Source: Escherichia phage pEC-M719-6WT.2
Direction: 5' to 3' (one strand)
Sequence record: OQ845958.1
DNA length: 64,000 bases
Shown here: one piece after another, positions 45,672 to 54,651 of the stretch
Numbering within the stretch: position 1 is the first letter of the stretch
Layout: each line of letters opens with the position of its first letter
Position numbers and translations under genes: made by a program
The notes under the pieces: generated by a model
Databases searched by the model: none
Told to the model about the DNA's origin: nothing
The model's input: only the letters and a program-made list of their open reading frames with translations

Positions 45672-45715
45672 TATTGGTAAGGACAAAAGGTCTAGAACCA
45701 TTATAACACTGATTG
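45672..45715 (-). promoter_or_regulatory. Middle-promoter-like cassette on the minus strand (TGCTTTA-N13-TATAAT-GGTTCTAGACC)
   Basis: Reverse complement of 45672-45715 reads tTGCTTTAaaacaatcagtgtTATAATggttctagacc; flanked by inverted repeat CAGTGTTAT/ATAACACTG; points antisense to genes 2 and 4. Confidence 0.5.
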
Positions 45716-45738
45716 TTTTAAAGCAAACAAGGTGCATT

Positions 45739-46338
45739 ATGTCAGGTTTATATAATCAAACTAACACGACTAACTTTATATTAGAGGTAAGCGATTCAAA
45801 CCTCACACAGACCTTTAAACTCAACGTTCAAGACGTTACCCTCCCTGGTGTTCACATCCCTGTGACAGATGTTCCTGGGGGAACACAAGGTATAAATCGC
45901 TCCAGTCTTCCTGGTAGTACAATAGAATTCGACCCACTGATTGTTAACTTTCTGTGTGACAAAGACCTAAGAGCATGGCTTGACATTTATAAATGGATGC
46001 TCTCGCTCAACAACTACATCACACACGAATCAAAAGCATGGCATCCGAAGGGTCGCCCTGAAGCGGTCACGCTTCATATCTTAGATAACAACAAGGACAA
46101 AATTGTCATGTCAATCCATTACTATGGAGCATGGCCGTCCGACCTGTCAGAGATTCAGTACTCATATAAAGAAGATTCTGACCCGGCTATCAATGCAACA
46201 GCAACTTTTAACTTTAAGTCTTTTGCTGTAGAAATTGATGGTATAATAATAGAAGGTAGACCACAGATTGATAGTAATGCAGCAATGCAACAGGAAATCA
46301 GGTCTAAGTCAATGCATCCATCTATGAGAAATGTATGA
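45739..46338 (+). CDS. 3: Tail completion / sheath stabiliser gp3
   Basis: Matches T4 gp3 (LYNQTNTT, PGSTIEFDPL, YKWMLS, VTLHILDNNKDKIVMSI, AWPSDLSEI.YSY.E.SDPAI); start set to ATG 45739. Confidence 0.9.
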   Translation: MSGLYNQTNTTNFILEVSDSNLTQTFKLNVQDVTLPGVHIPVTDVPGGTQGINRSSLPGSTIEFDPLIVNFLCDKDLRAWLDIYKWMLSLNNYITHESKAWHPKGRPEAVTLHILDNNKDKIVMSIHYYGAWPSDLSEIQYSYKEDSDPAINATATFNFKSFAVEIDGIIIEGRPQIDSNAAMQQEIRSKSMHPSMRNV

Positions 46339-47011
46339 AATTAATTGCGATTGTGGGTAAAAAACGCAGTGGTAAAGATACGACTGCTGATTATGTTATT
46401 AGTCAAAACGGAACAAAGTGGCAGCTTGCAGGTCCGATTAAAGAAGCGCTTTATAAAGCGTGGATTCGTCAAGACCTGCCACACAATTTGACCCTGGAAA
46501 ATTTTGATGGACAAGGTTATGACCGTGAAAAAACCTTGATAATGAACAACACCGAAGCTTATATTCTTCTGGTTGATGCTCTTGAATGGTTGAAACAACA
46601 ATACAATCTTGACCTTCCGAATCCAGATATGGTTCGTAAAATCATTGAATTTCACACACTAAATAATGTTGAGCCCTGGACAGTTAGACGTTTCATGCAG
46701 ACCCTTGGAACTGACATCGTTTGTACAGAGTTCGACAGCATGTTTTGGATTAAAACTTTTGCGTGCGATTATCTTGACAACCTCTATTCTGGATATAAAT
46801 ATTACGTTGTCCCAGATGTTCGTCAAAAGAATGAACTTGATTCGCTTCGGGCGATGGGTGCTACAATAATCTTTGTAGAACGCGATGAAGCAAATCATTC
46901 TACCGATACACACATTACGGAAGCTGGACTTCCACCACTAGCTAGTGACATTGTTATTAAAAACAATGGCACACTCGAAGAACTTTTTGATAAAATTAAT
47001 AAGGTAATATA

Positions 47012-47012
<1 letters not shown>
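46335..47012 (+). CDS. 1: Deoxynucleoside monophosphate kinase gp1
   Basis: P-loop (GKKRSGKDTTAD) and match to T4 gp1 (YQLAGPIK, LGTD, YYVVPDVRQ, AMGAT, THITEAGLP). Confidence 0.9.
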
Positions 47013-47702
<690 letters not shown>

Positions 47703-47703
<1 letters not shown>

Positions 47704-47741
47704 TGTACAAATAAGTGTAGGTGCAGTATTATGTTCCTACA
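47703..47741 (+). promoter_or_regulatory. Early promoter with the -10 inside a stem-loop (GTGTAC-N18-TATTAT; stem GTGTAGG/CCTACAC)
   Basis: GTGTAC 47703-47708, TATTAT 47727-47732, inverted repeat 47716-47722/47735-47741. Confidence 0.5.
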
Positions 47742-47767
47742 CCAACGAATGAACAAACGGAGTTAAT

Positions 47768-48100
47768 ATGAACATCAAAACTTACAACGAGTTTTTAGCC
47801 GAATCCGCCATCAATGAGACCAAATCAATTGATGATAGTGAAGGCTCTCTGAAATTTGGTTTAACCAAAAATGCAGATGGTGTTTTCTTTCAGATTGGTA
47901 ATGAACGTTTTCAAACGTCCAAATATTCCAAAGCTGCAGTTGAAGCTGTCCTGAAATCGGGTGGCAAGTGGAAAGGCAAAGAAGGTACTAAAGAAATTGG
48001 TATCGCTGTTGACGGCGGTATGGCTTATTTTAAAATTGGCGATGAACAATTTATTATGTCTGCTCGCGGACGTAAAGAACTGGCAAAACTTTATAAATAA
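47768..48100 (+). CDS. Internal-protein-like small protein with CTS-like N-terminus (MNIKTYNEFLAE), ipI position
   Basis: 110 aa, GGAG RBS, N-terminus resembles the T4 capsid targeting sequence, internal duplicated motif. Confidence 0.6.
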   Translation: MNIKTYNEFLAESAINETKSIDDSEGSLKFGLTKNADGVFFQIGNERFQTSKYSKAAVEAVLKSGGKWKGKEGTKEIGIAVDGGMAYFKIGDEQFIMSARGRKELAKLYK

Positions 48101-48108
48101 GGTTTCTT

Positions 48109-48381
48109 ATGAAAACTTTCAATGAATTTTTCAACGAGTCACAACTGAATGAAGAAGTAAAAATTAGTAAAGCGGTCAAAGCTATGATTGACAATATCAA
48201 TCACTTGTATAGCATTGACTTAACTGACCATATAACAATTGGCAACAAACGCAACTTTTTCGCGTTTGACATTTCAGAACTTGACCAGAACCAAATTAAT
48301 AACATTGAGCGCTTCGCCAATGACAAGGGTCTCCGTCATGAGACAGCTGGTTATAAAAAATACGCAATTTATCTAAAATAG
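48109..48381 (+). CDS. Internal-protein-like small protein (MKTFNEFFNE)
   Basis: 90 aa with CTS-like N-terminus. Confidence 0.55.
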   Translation: MKTFNEFFNESQLNEEVKISKAVKAMIDNINHLYSIDLTDHITIGNKRNFFAFDISELDQNQINNIERFANDKGLRHETAGYKKYAIYLK

Positions 48382-48389
48382 GATTTCAA

Positions 48390-48689
48390 ATGCAAACGCT
48401 CCATGAATTTTTGGTAGAAAACAATTACCTGGCAGAAGCAAAAACCTGGCCTCTGGGCCTTCAGAAGAAAAACACCTACAAATGGGTTGACTTCAAAGGT
48501 AAAGGCGACGCTGAAGACTTTGACCAGCTGCGTAAAAATGGTTATACCTTCCTTGACTCTAATTATAACAAAATTACCTCTTTTAGTCAGAAATCAAGCA
48601 TTGCTTTCATTGAAACTGGTAAGAACACCCCTAAAAATATCACTGACGACTTCGCTGCTTATGGCGTAATTCGTGGTAGTAAGATGTAA
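48390..48689 (+). CDS. Internal-protein-like small protein (MQTLHEFLVE)
   Basis: 99 aa with CTS-like N-terminus; followed by a terminator. Confidence 0.55.
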   Translation: MQTLHEFLVENNYLAEAKTWPLGLQKKNTYKWVDFKGKGDAEDFDQLRKNGYTFLDSNYNKITSFSQKSSIAFIETGKNTPKNITDDFAAYGVIRGSKM

Positions 48690-48696
48690 TTAACAA

Positions 48697-48720
48697 AAGG
48701 GGATAATTATCCTCTTTTTA
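48697..48720 (+). terminator. Rho-independent terminator (GGGGATAA/TTATCCTC + T-run)
   Basis: AAAAGGGGATAATTATCCTCTTTTTA. Confidence 0.6.
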
Positions 48721-48735
48721 TGGCTTGGAGACAAC

Positions 48736-48978
48736 ATGAAAACTTATCAAACATTTATAACAGAATCTTCCCATGGTATGGAAGTTAAACTTGGTCAAGC
48801 CCTTGCTGAAGCAGAGCGCCTGTTTGCACGTATCAAAGAACTTGCTGATTCAGTAGACGCATCATCTTTTAAAGGCGACCAGGGTAAAGTTAAAGCTCTC
48901 CTTGCTCTTTGTTCCGATGCAGGCGAGATTGCTAAGAACGGCACCAAGATGAAAAAACGTCTGGAAGACTTAAAATAA
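48736..48978 (+). CDS. Internal-protein-like small protein (MKTYQTFITE)
   Basis: 80 aa with near-canonical CTS. Confidence 0.6.
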   Translation: MKTYQTFITESSHGMEVKLGQALAEAERLFARIKELADSVDASSFKGDQGKVKALLALCSDAGEIAKNGTKMKKRLEDLK

Positions 48979-48979
48979 A

Positions 48980-49020
48980 GTATACGCGATGGGATAACTG
49001 CAGTATAATTATCTCATCAA
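48980..49020 (+). promoter_or_regulatory. Early promoter / stem-loop cassette (GTATAC-N18-TATAAT within GATAA..TTATC)
   Basis: GTATAC 48980-48985, TATAAT 49004-49009, conserved leader TCAACTACTGGAGA. Confidence 0.5.
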
Positions 49021-49034
49021 CTACTGGAGACAAC

Positions 49035-49289
49035 ATGAAAACTTATCAAGAATTTATTAACGAAGCCGCAGATGCAAAAGTTGAGTTTGCTTATGTTGGT
49101 TCCCCGCGTGGTAGTTTTTCTAATGAGGAATTGCGCCGTTCACTAGACAACTTCATGCAGTTAAGTGCTGAAGTATCGCATGATGGTCGCTATGACATCG
49201 TTACCATTAAAGGTTCTGAAGACCTTATCAAAAAGTGGCACAAGCAGAAAGATGTTGAGATGCGTTACTATCGTATCCCTAAAAAATAA
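49035..49289 (+). CDS. Internal-protein-like small protein (MKTYQEFINE)
   Basis: 84 aa with canonical CTS-like N-terminus. Confidence 0.6.
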   Translation: MKTYQEFINEAADAKVEFAYVGSPRGSFSNEELRRSLDNFMQLSAEVSHDGRYDIVTIKGSEDLIKKWHKQKDVEMRYYRIPKK

Positions 49290-49325
49290 GTGTACTTTTG
49301 AATGGGATAGCGTATAATTATCCCA
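49290..49325 (+). promoter_or_regulatory. Early promoter / stem-loop cassette (GTGTAC-N17-TATAAT within GGGATA..TATCCC)
   Basis: GTGTAC 49290-49295, TATAAT 49313-49318, stem GGGATA 49304-49309 / TATCCC 49320-49325. Confidence 0.55.
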
Positions 49326-49346
49326 TCAACTACTGAGGAGAATAAA

Positions 49347-49532
49347 ATGAAACGTTGCGAATTAATTAGAAATGTTACTGCCCTTGTTGCTGTTACCGCT
49401 TTTGGTTTTAGCATGTTTGCTGGCTTTATGTTGAATATGCTTTCAACTTCTGAGAATATAATCTCTTTAGTAGTTGCATTTTTAATTGGTTCAATCTCTT
49501 TCGTTATGGATAAAATCTCCAAAGGTGAGTAA
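49347..49532 (+). CDS. Small hydrophobic (2-TM) protein
   Basis: 61 aa with GAGGAG RBS; two hydrophobic segments. Confidence 0.5.
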   Translation: MKRCELIRNVTALVAVTAFGFSMFAGFMLNMLSTSENIISLVVAFLIGSISFVMDKISKGE

Positions 49533-49533
49533 A

Positions 49534-49923
49534 ATGTATAAAGTGTATGCGGATTATCAGGCAAATCCATCTGAAAAACCAGATTGCCAAATTGGGTGGG
49601 CGTATGACACCCTGCTTGAAGCAGTAGATAAAGCCCAGGAATTAGGGTATAGTTATGTGGATATTGTCCAACCCAATGGAACAGTTATTACTCTTGAAGA
49701 ATTCAAGAATATCAAAACAAACTTTTTGCTCTTTGCTGGTGATAGCTATTATCCTCGTGGCGGTTATGCTGACTTAATCGCAAAGGCTGCGACTGAAGAT
49801 GAACTGCGCGATATCATTAAAGAAAACGAGAATAAGCCTTGTTATGGTTCCAATCGCTTTGACTGGTGGCAGATTGTCAATGCCAATACACATACTATTG
49901 TTGATGAAGGCACATGCGAATGA
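49534..49923 (+). CDS. Hypothetical protein
   Basis: Track ORF 49486-49923; start moved to ATG 49534 (MYKVYADYQ) after the stop of the upstream ORF. Confidence 0.5.
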   Translation: MYKVYADYQANPSEKPDCQIGWAYDTLLEAVDKAQELGYSYVDIVQPNGTVITLEEFKNIKTNFLLFAGDSYYPRGGYADLIAKAATEDELRDIIKENENKPCYGSNRFDWWQIVNANTHTIVDEGTCE

Positions 49924-50396
49924 ATATCAAATTTGGTCAGACCATCCCTAAAGGTTACGCGATTGAAATTGAAACCTGGGAAAATGATGGTGATAATTAT
50001 AAAACCCAGACTGTATTTGGTGTAGAAGAGCAAGAAATCCAACAGTATAAATATATCCTGGAACTTTTCCATGGTTCGCATTGCAACAACCCAGATAAAT
50101 GCGGTAATTCAAAATGGGATGTGGTTAAACACTTGGTTATCGCCCACATTGCATCTGGCGTAAAATCTGGTCAGTTAACCCATGAATTTTTAAGTAAGGT
50201 TCTGGGTGTAGAAGATTTAGAAGCCTTGTTGAATGACGATGAAGAAGCATACTACTTGAATGAAGCCCTTACTGAGCTCCTTGGTATGGCTTGCGAATAT
50301 GATGGCGATTTCATGCGTGTAATTTCTTATGTTAAGCTATATATAATCGAAGAAGAAATCAAAATCCCATCCGTTAAAGCGCTTGATATGCTTTAA
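49920..50396 (+). CDS. Hypothetical protein
   Basis: About 158 aa with ATGA overlap with the upstream ORF. Confidence 0.5.
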   Translation: MNIKFGQTIPKGYAIEIETWENDGDNYKTQTVFGVEEQEIQQYKYILELFHGSHCNNPDKCGNSKWDVVKHLVIAHIASGVKSGQLTHEFLSKVLGVEDLEALLNDDEEAYYLNEALTELLGMACEYDGDFMRVISYVKLYIIEEEIKIPSVKALDML

Positions 50397-50516
50397 TAAA
50401 AACGCGTTATTATTAATAAGTACCCTCTATTACCAAAGGTTCTTCCCTCAAAGAACCTTTCATAATAGCATGTGCTATTAATCAAACTTACTTTACTTAA
50501 TTTTACTTGAGGTGTT

Positions 50517-50786
50517 ATGTTAGTATTAAAATTAGCTTTTTATGACCCTAAAACAAAGACAACCACTACCAAACGTTGCTCTATTTCGTATGAGTGTCAA
50601 TTTGGCGAAATTCAGCATCCAACAGGCGAAACCTTTATGTCAATTGGTTGTTCAACATTTAATAAAGTCAAATTAATCCCGTTGGTTAACGCGGCAGCTT
50701 ATCTGGTTGCACCAGAAGAAATGACTTATCATACAATTCAGCATATGGTTAAAGATGATAATGCTCCCGCTGGATTTGTAATTTAA
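50517..50786 (+). CDS. Hypothetical protein
   Basis: 89 aa with GAGGTG RBS; ends 5 nt before the tRNA. Confidence 0.5.
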   Translation: MLVLKLAFYDPKTKTTTTKRCSISYECQFGEIQHPTGETFMSIGCSTFNKVKLIPLVNAAAYLVAPEEMTYHTIQHMVKDDNAPAGFVI

Positions 50787-50791
50787 TTTTA

Positions 50792-50867
50792 GGCCCTGTA
50801 GCTCAATTGGTTAGAGCATCCGGCTCATAACTGGCAGGTTTCCGGTTCAAGTCCGGATGGGGCCACC
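50792..50867 (+). tRNA. tRNA with anticodon CAT (Met, or Ile2 by analogy with the T4 AUA-reading tRNA-Ile)
   Basis: Manual fold: acceptor GGCCCTG/TGGGGCC, D-arm GCTC..GAGC, anticodon loop CTCATAA, T-arm TCCGG TTCAAGT CCGGA; one anticodon-stem mismatch. Confidence 0.8.
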
Positions 50868-50944
50868 CGGGGTGTAGCTCAATTGTATAGAGCAACGGTC
50901 TTCTAAACCGTAGGTTGTGGGTTAGAATCCCACCACCCCGACCA
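50868..50944 (+). tRNA. tRNA-Arg (anticodon TCT)
   Basis: Manual fold: acceptor CGGGGTG/CACCCCG, anticodon stem ACGGT/ACCGT, loop CTTCTAA, T-arm GTGGG TTAGAAT CCCAC, encoded CCA. Confidence 0.85.
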
Positions 50945-50959
50945 ATTACCGAGGATATT

Positions 50960-51199
50960 ATGGTTATTAGTGAATCATATGCAGTTATGGATATAACCAA
51001 CAACGAGCTGGTTTATAGCTTTGATGAGTTTGATGAAAATGATAAACAAGTCCCATGGTTTGCATTAACTGCTCCACCTGAGCATAATAAATATCTAAGT
51101 TTCCCGACTCGCAGATTAGCAACAAATTTTATGGAATTCAATGACCTTGATTCCAATTACAAGGTTGTTAAAGTCAAATTAGCTATTACAATTGAATGA
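50960..51199 (+). CDS. Hypothetical acidic protein
   Basis: Track ORF starts inside the tRNA; start moved to ATG 50960 with GAGGA RBS. Confidence 0.5.
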   Translation: MVISESYAVMDITNNELVYSFDEFDENDKQVPWFALTAPPEHNKYLSFPTRRLATNFMEFNDLDSNYKVVKVKLAITIE

Positions 51200-51432
51200 G
51201 AAACCGGGTCGCTACCGGTAAGTCGTCGGACTGAAGTTCCCTGGAGTATAGTTCCTCCCACAGTTTTACTGTGTTCTGGTTCTTTACTATCACAGCTGAA
51301 ACGGCGCACCCTTTTAACGGAGTTTTTCCAGAGCGGACGGTGCGTCCGGTAGTATGAGAAATCCGAGCGGATGGTGCATCCGGTACTATGGAATATAAAT
51401 ATTAACAACAACCCTAATAATGGAAAAACAAA
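51200..51432 (+). ncRNA. Candidate structured small RNA locus next to the tRNAs
   Basis: 233 nt with no ORF; several hairpins including two tandem hairpins with compensatory substitutions; T4 carries small stable RNAs in its tRNA region. Confidence 0.3.
51331..51390 (+). repeat. Tandem 26-nt hairpin repeat (two copies, period 34) with covarying stem
   Basis: gagCGGACGgtgCGTCCGgtagtatg / gagCGGATGgtgCATCCGgtactatg. Confidence 0.7.
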
Positions 51433-51816
51433 ATGCTTACATATGCAGAATTTTTAAATCGCAATACCATCACCGAATCCATACTGACTGAAGCTGGTAA
51501 ATTTTCTTTAGTGGCTCCAGAAAAAGCCGGTGTTTCAATTGGTGACCGTGTTATGTTCAAGAAACCAGTTAATGGTGTTTCTTGGGGTATCGTAACTGGG
51601 TTTGGCATCAAAGCTAAAGACGTTAAAAATGCCGCGGCACCAGGTGCCAAACTGGCCGGTTCTAAAGTTTCAACTTATATGGTTCGCCCTAAACAGTCTC
51701 CAGGTAATGGTGCTGCTGACTGGGTTGGCGCTCCAATCGAAATCGCTCGTGATAAATTCTTGAACATCACCGACCGTGCCAACGAACGCGCTGCAATGGC
51801 ATTCGCTCGCGGATAA
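51433..51816 (+). CDS. Hypothetical protein with weak CTS-like N-terminus (MLTYAEFLN)
   Basis: 127 aa; followed by a hairpin terminator. Confidence 0.5.
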   Translation: MLTYAEFLNRNTITESILTEAGKFSLVAPEKAGVSIGDRVMFKKPVNGVSWGIVTGFGIKAKDVKNAAAPGAKLAGSKVSTYMVRPKQSPGNGAADWVGAPIEIARDKFLNITDRANERAAMAFARG

Positions 51817-51852
51817 GAACACTTGCCTTGCAGGTGGAACCCCGACAAGGTA

Positions 51853-51884
51853 TAGCCCCTTCCGAAAGGTTGGGGCTTTTTTAT
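51853..51884 (+). terminator. Rho-independent terminator
   Basis: AGCCCCttccgaaaggttGGGGCTTTTTT. Confidence 0.65.
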
Positions 51885-51905
51885 AAATCAACTAAAGAGA
51901 AACGT

Positions 51906-52460
51906 ATGAAACTGTTAAAATATTTGAGTTGGATTCTGTTAGTTCCGCTGGATTTTATCTCCATGATTCTGGCCGTTATCCTGGCTCCATTTGTAGTTCC
52001 GTTCCATAATAAAAAGACTGGTAAACTTCCGTTCGGGTTTGATTGGATGATGACTTATGATAATCCGATTGATGGTGACCGGGGTCATGTCAAACGTTGG
52101 TCAAAAATCCGAAAATGGCCATTAGGTGTTTACTTCCAACGAGTAGCCTGGCTCTGGCGAAACAAAGCATACAATTTTGCTTACCACAAGCTCGGTCGTG
52201 ATTGCAATTCAGAATTCCATTATAAAGGTAATCCTGATGTTGAATCCGGCTCCCCAGACAAAGCTCACCATGGCTGGCTCTGGATGTGGAATGATAATGC
52301 ATGGGGTGTGTTCGCTTCCGTACCTTATCTTAAAGTTGGTGGAATCACCTTTTATCTGCGCGTGTATTGCGGTTGGAAGCTCAAGAGTCTTCTGTCCCGA
52401 CCAATCCCTAAGGCTATGCTCGCCTTTCATATAAATCCGTTCCGCTTTTATAAGAACTAA
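51906..52460 (+). CDS. Hypothetical Trp-rich protein with N-terminal transmembrane anchor
   Basis: Start moved to ATG 51906 (MKLLKYLSWILLVPL) with RBS; hydrophobic N-terminus; terminator follows. Confidence 0.55.
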   Translation: MKLLKYLSWILLVPLDFISMILAVILAPFVVPFHNKKTGKLPFGFDWMMTYDNPIDGDRGHVKRWSKIRKWPLGVYFQRVAWLWRNKAYNFAYHKLGRDCNSEFHYKGNPDVESGSPDKAHHGWLWMWNDNAWGVFASVPYLKVGGITFYLRVYCGWKLKSLLSRPIPKAMLAFHINPFRFYKN

Positions 52461-52461
52461 C

Positions 52462-52484
52462 AGCCCGCATTGCGGGCTTTTTTA
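52462..52484 (+). terminator. Rho-independent terminator
   Basis: AGCCCGCattGCGGGCTTTTTT. Confidence 0.7.
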
Positions 52485-52520
52485 TACCCCGAATAAATTT
52501 GAAATTTTCTTCAAAAAGTA

Positions 52521-52575
52521 GTGTACATCCGAATTGACTGGATGCATAATGATTCCATACTGAGTTACACACTGA
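52521..52575 (+). promoter_or_regulatory. Early promoter cassette (GTGTAC-N18-CATAAT) with conserved leader CCATACTGAGTTA
   Basis: GTGTAC 52521-52526, CATAAT 52545-52550. Confidence 0.5.
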
Positions 52576-52601
52576 ATCAAACAAAACTTTGGAGAAATAA
52601 A

Positions 52602-53027
52602 ATGAACTTCCTGACCCTGACTTCTGCATTCTCTGTTACCCGCATCACTAACAAAATGGTTGCCGACGAAGTATGTGAAATCTGCATTCGTGAAGATGCA
52701 CTTATTCATCTGACTTCAACCCAGATTGTTGCCATCGCTAAGTCCCTTAATTCTGAACTGAAGGTAAACACCAAACAGTCAAAAGAATCTATCATTGAAT
52801 TAATCCAAGCTGAAATGATTGAATTCCCAATTGAAGAAGTTAAAGAAGAAAAAATCCAGTCCAAATCTGGTAATGCTCGTGACATTTGCTTCCAGGCATT
52901 TGCAGAAATTGATATGGCAGATGGTGCAGCTCGCCGCGCCCTGATTGATGTTCTGGTTAACACCCATGATATCAAAAAGACTGTTGTTCAGTCATATGCT
53001 TCCAACTTCCGCAAAGCTCAAAAATAA
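52602..53027 (+). CDS. Hypothetical protein, paralog of the 53111 ORF (shared C-terminal domain)
   Basis: Start moved to ATG 52602; C-terminus GAARRALIDVLV...VVQSYASNFRK shared with the next gene. Confidence 0.55.
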   Translation: MNFLTLTSAFSVTRITNKMVADEVCEICIREDALIHLTSTQIVAIAKSLNSELKVNTKQSKESIIELIQAEMIEFPIEEVKEEKIQSKSGNARDICFQAFAEIDMADGAARRALIDVLVNTHDIKKTVVQSYASNFRKAQK

Positions 53028-53038
53028 TTGAGAAAAGT

Positions 53039-53075
53039 GTTTTACTTCCAGGTGGGATAGTGTATAATTATCCCA
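53039..53075 (+). promoter_or_regulatory. Early promoter / stem-loop cassette (TTTTAC-N17-TATAAT within GGGATA..TATCCC)
   Basis: TATAAT 53063-53068, stem GGGATA 53054-53059 / TATCCC 53070-53075, then leader CATACTGAGTTACCAAATAAA. Confidence 0.55.
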
Positions 53076-53110
53076 TACTGAGTTACCAAATAAACAAACG
53101 GGATAATAAA

Positions 53111-53554
53111 ATGAAAACTTCAAAACTGGTTAAGTACGTTAAGCTGGCATTAAACAACTCTTCTGAAGCTGAAGCACAATCCGCAGCACGTATGTTCTTC
53201 AAACGTCTGGCAGCTGAAGGTATTTCATTTAACCCGGCAGTATTTGGTATCACTCGTGGCGAAGCTGCTAAACTGGCAACTCTGGCAGGTAAAATTTTTA
53301 AAGGTCTGAATGATGGACAGGTTAAACCAGAAGTTAAACCTACTCCTAAAGCTGAACCAAAAGCTGAACGTAAGGCACCTAAACGCTCCGGTATGAGCAA
53401 CAAAGATTTATGCTATGATATGTTCAAAACTGTTAATATGTCTAATGGTGCTGCTCGCAGAGCTGTTATTGATATGATTGTGCGTGAGTTTGGATTCAAC
53501 AAAGCATCAGTTCAGTCTTATGCTTCCAACTTCCGCAAAGAATTTGAAATTTAA
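53111..53554 (+). CDS. Hypothetical protein, paralog of the 52602 ORF
   Basis: Start moved to ATG 53111; C-terminus GAARRAVIDMIV...SVQSYASNFRK; Lys/Pro/Glu-rich linker. Confidence 0.55.
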   Translation: MKTSKLVKYVKLALNNSSEAEAQSAARMFFKRLAAEGISFNPAVFGITRGEAAKLATLAGKIFKGLNDGQVKPEVKPTPKAEPKAERKAPKRSGMSNKDLCYDMFKTVNMSNGAARRAVIDMIVREFGFNKASVQSYASNFRKEFEI

Positions 53555-53560
53555 TTCAAA

Positions 53561-53596
53561 AAGGGGGTATACAAGCCCCCTGCTTTAAGGCATAAT
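53561..53596 (+). promoter_or_regulatory. Hairpin plus early promoter (GTATAC-N18-CATAAT), -35 inside a GGGGG/CCCCC stem-loop
   Basis: GGGGG 53563-53567 / CCCCC 53576-53580; CATAAT 53591-53596; leader CCATACTGAGTTACCAAATAAAAC. Confidence 0.5.
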
Positions 53597-53637
53597 GATT
53601 CCATACTGAGTTACCAAATAAAACACTGGAGAATAAA

Positions 53638-53943
53638 ATGAAATTCATCATCAACCTGGCGCTTGTTGACTTTGATAAAACTGGTAATTTCGCATCTGCT
53701 GAAAATATGATTCGTAACACCAAGTTTAAAGTGCAAGTCCAACAGGCGGTAGCAAAAGAGTTCTTTACTGATAAATTAACTAACGTTGTTAATCACCTGA
53801 ATGTGCAAGTTAAATTCACTCGTGAAGCGGAAACTACTGTTGCATTTGATTTTGACTGCCAATACCATGATGAATATGTTCGCCGCATCCTGGATATTGT
53901 GTCTGATGAACTTTACTATGGTGTGCAGGAAAACAAAATCTAA
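53638..53943 (+). CDS. Hypothetical protein
   Basis: 101 aa with GGAG RBS. Confidence 0.55.
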   Translation: MKFIINLALVDFDKTGNFASAENMIRNTKFKVQVQQAVAKEFFTDKLTNVVNHLNVQVKFTREAETTVAFDFDCQYHDEYVRRILDIVSDELYYGVQENKI

Positions 53944-54015
53944 ATTAGTGCTTTAATGGGAACATGATAGTATGTTCCCTGGATAATAAAACATTAACCA
54001 ACTGAAGGAAATACC

Positions 54016-54609
54016 ATGAATACTTTAAAGAAACTTGTTGAATTCATCCGCTCCAAACTGGGGACTGCAATGGCAAAAAACCTGTCTATTGAAGACCAAT
54101 ATACTCAAGCGGCGTCTACCCTGATTGACAAGATTACTGAGCTCCAGACCGCCCACGTTAAGTCTGTTAATGAAGAAAAACGCATCCGCGAGTTAGCGAA
54201 TGAAAAAGACCAACTCGCCGCCTCAAAAGAGCGTGAAATCCGCAAACTGATTGCTGATGGTGCGGATGTCCAGGTCCATGCTAAACTGGGTCTCCTGTAT
54301 CGTCGCACTGCTAAACAACTTCGTAAGAAGGCAGACGATTATGTTGAAATGCGTAATGAAATTAAATTGAAAGTTAAAGAGCTGGATGATTCTCGTCAGG
54401 AACTAGCTGTTAAACTGGAATACATCCGCGAAACCCGTAAGGTATCTGCCCTGGGTATTGCGACTGCAGATGATGTTGTTGAAATCGCTGCATTGACTAA
54501 GATTGATATTGAAGACACCTTGATGCGTGTTGAAACCTTCAAAGGTCCACAGGTTGGTGTGGATACCACGTCCGCTGACATTGAAGAATACATCAATTCA
54601 CTTAAGTAA
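54016..54609 (+). CDS. Hypothetical coiled-coil protein
   Basis: 197 aa, heptad-like charged repeats throughout; hairpin terminator follows. Confidence 0.55.
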   Translation: MNTLKKLVEFIRSKLGTAMAKNLSIEDQYTQAASTLIDKITELQTAHVKSVNEEKRIRELANEKDQLAASKEREIRKLIADGADVQVHAKLGLLYRRTAKQLRKKADDYVEMRNEIKLKVKELDDSRQELAVKLEYIRETRKVSALGIATADDVVEIAALTKIDIEDTLMRVETFKGPQVGVDTTSADIEEYINSLK

Positions 54610-54651
54610 GATAAAGGGGGCAAAGCCCCCTAATTGGGAGAGGAGAAAATT

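Noticed and set aside
51331-51390. Possible CRISPR-like repeat
   Set aside because: Only two copies of a 26-nt hairpin repeat with an 8-nt spacer and no cas genes; better explained as tandem RNA/DNA hairpins.
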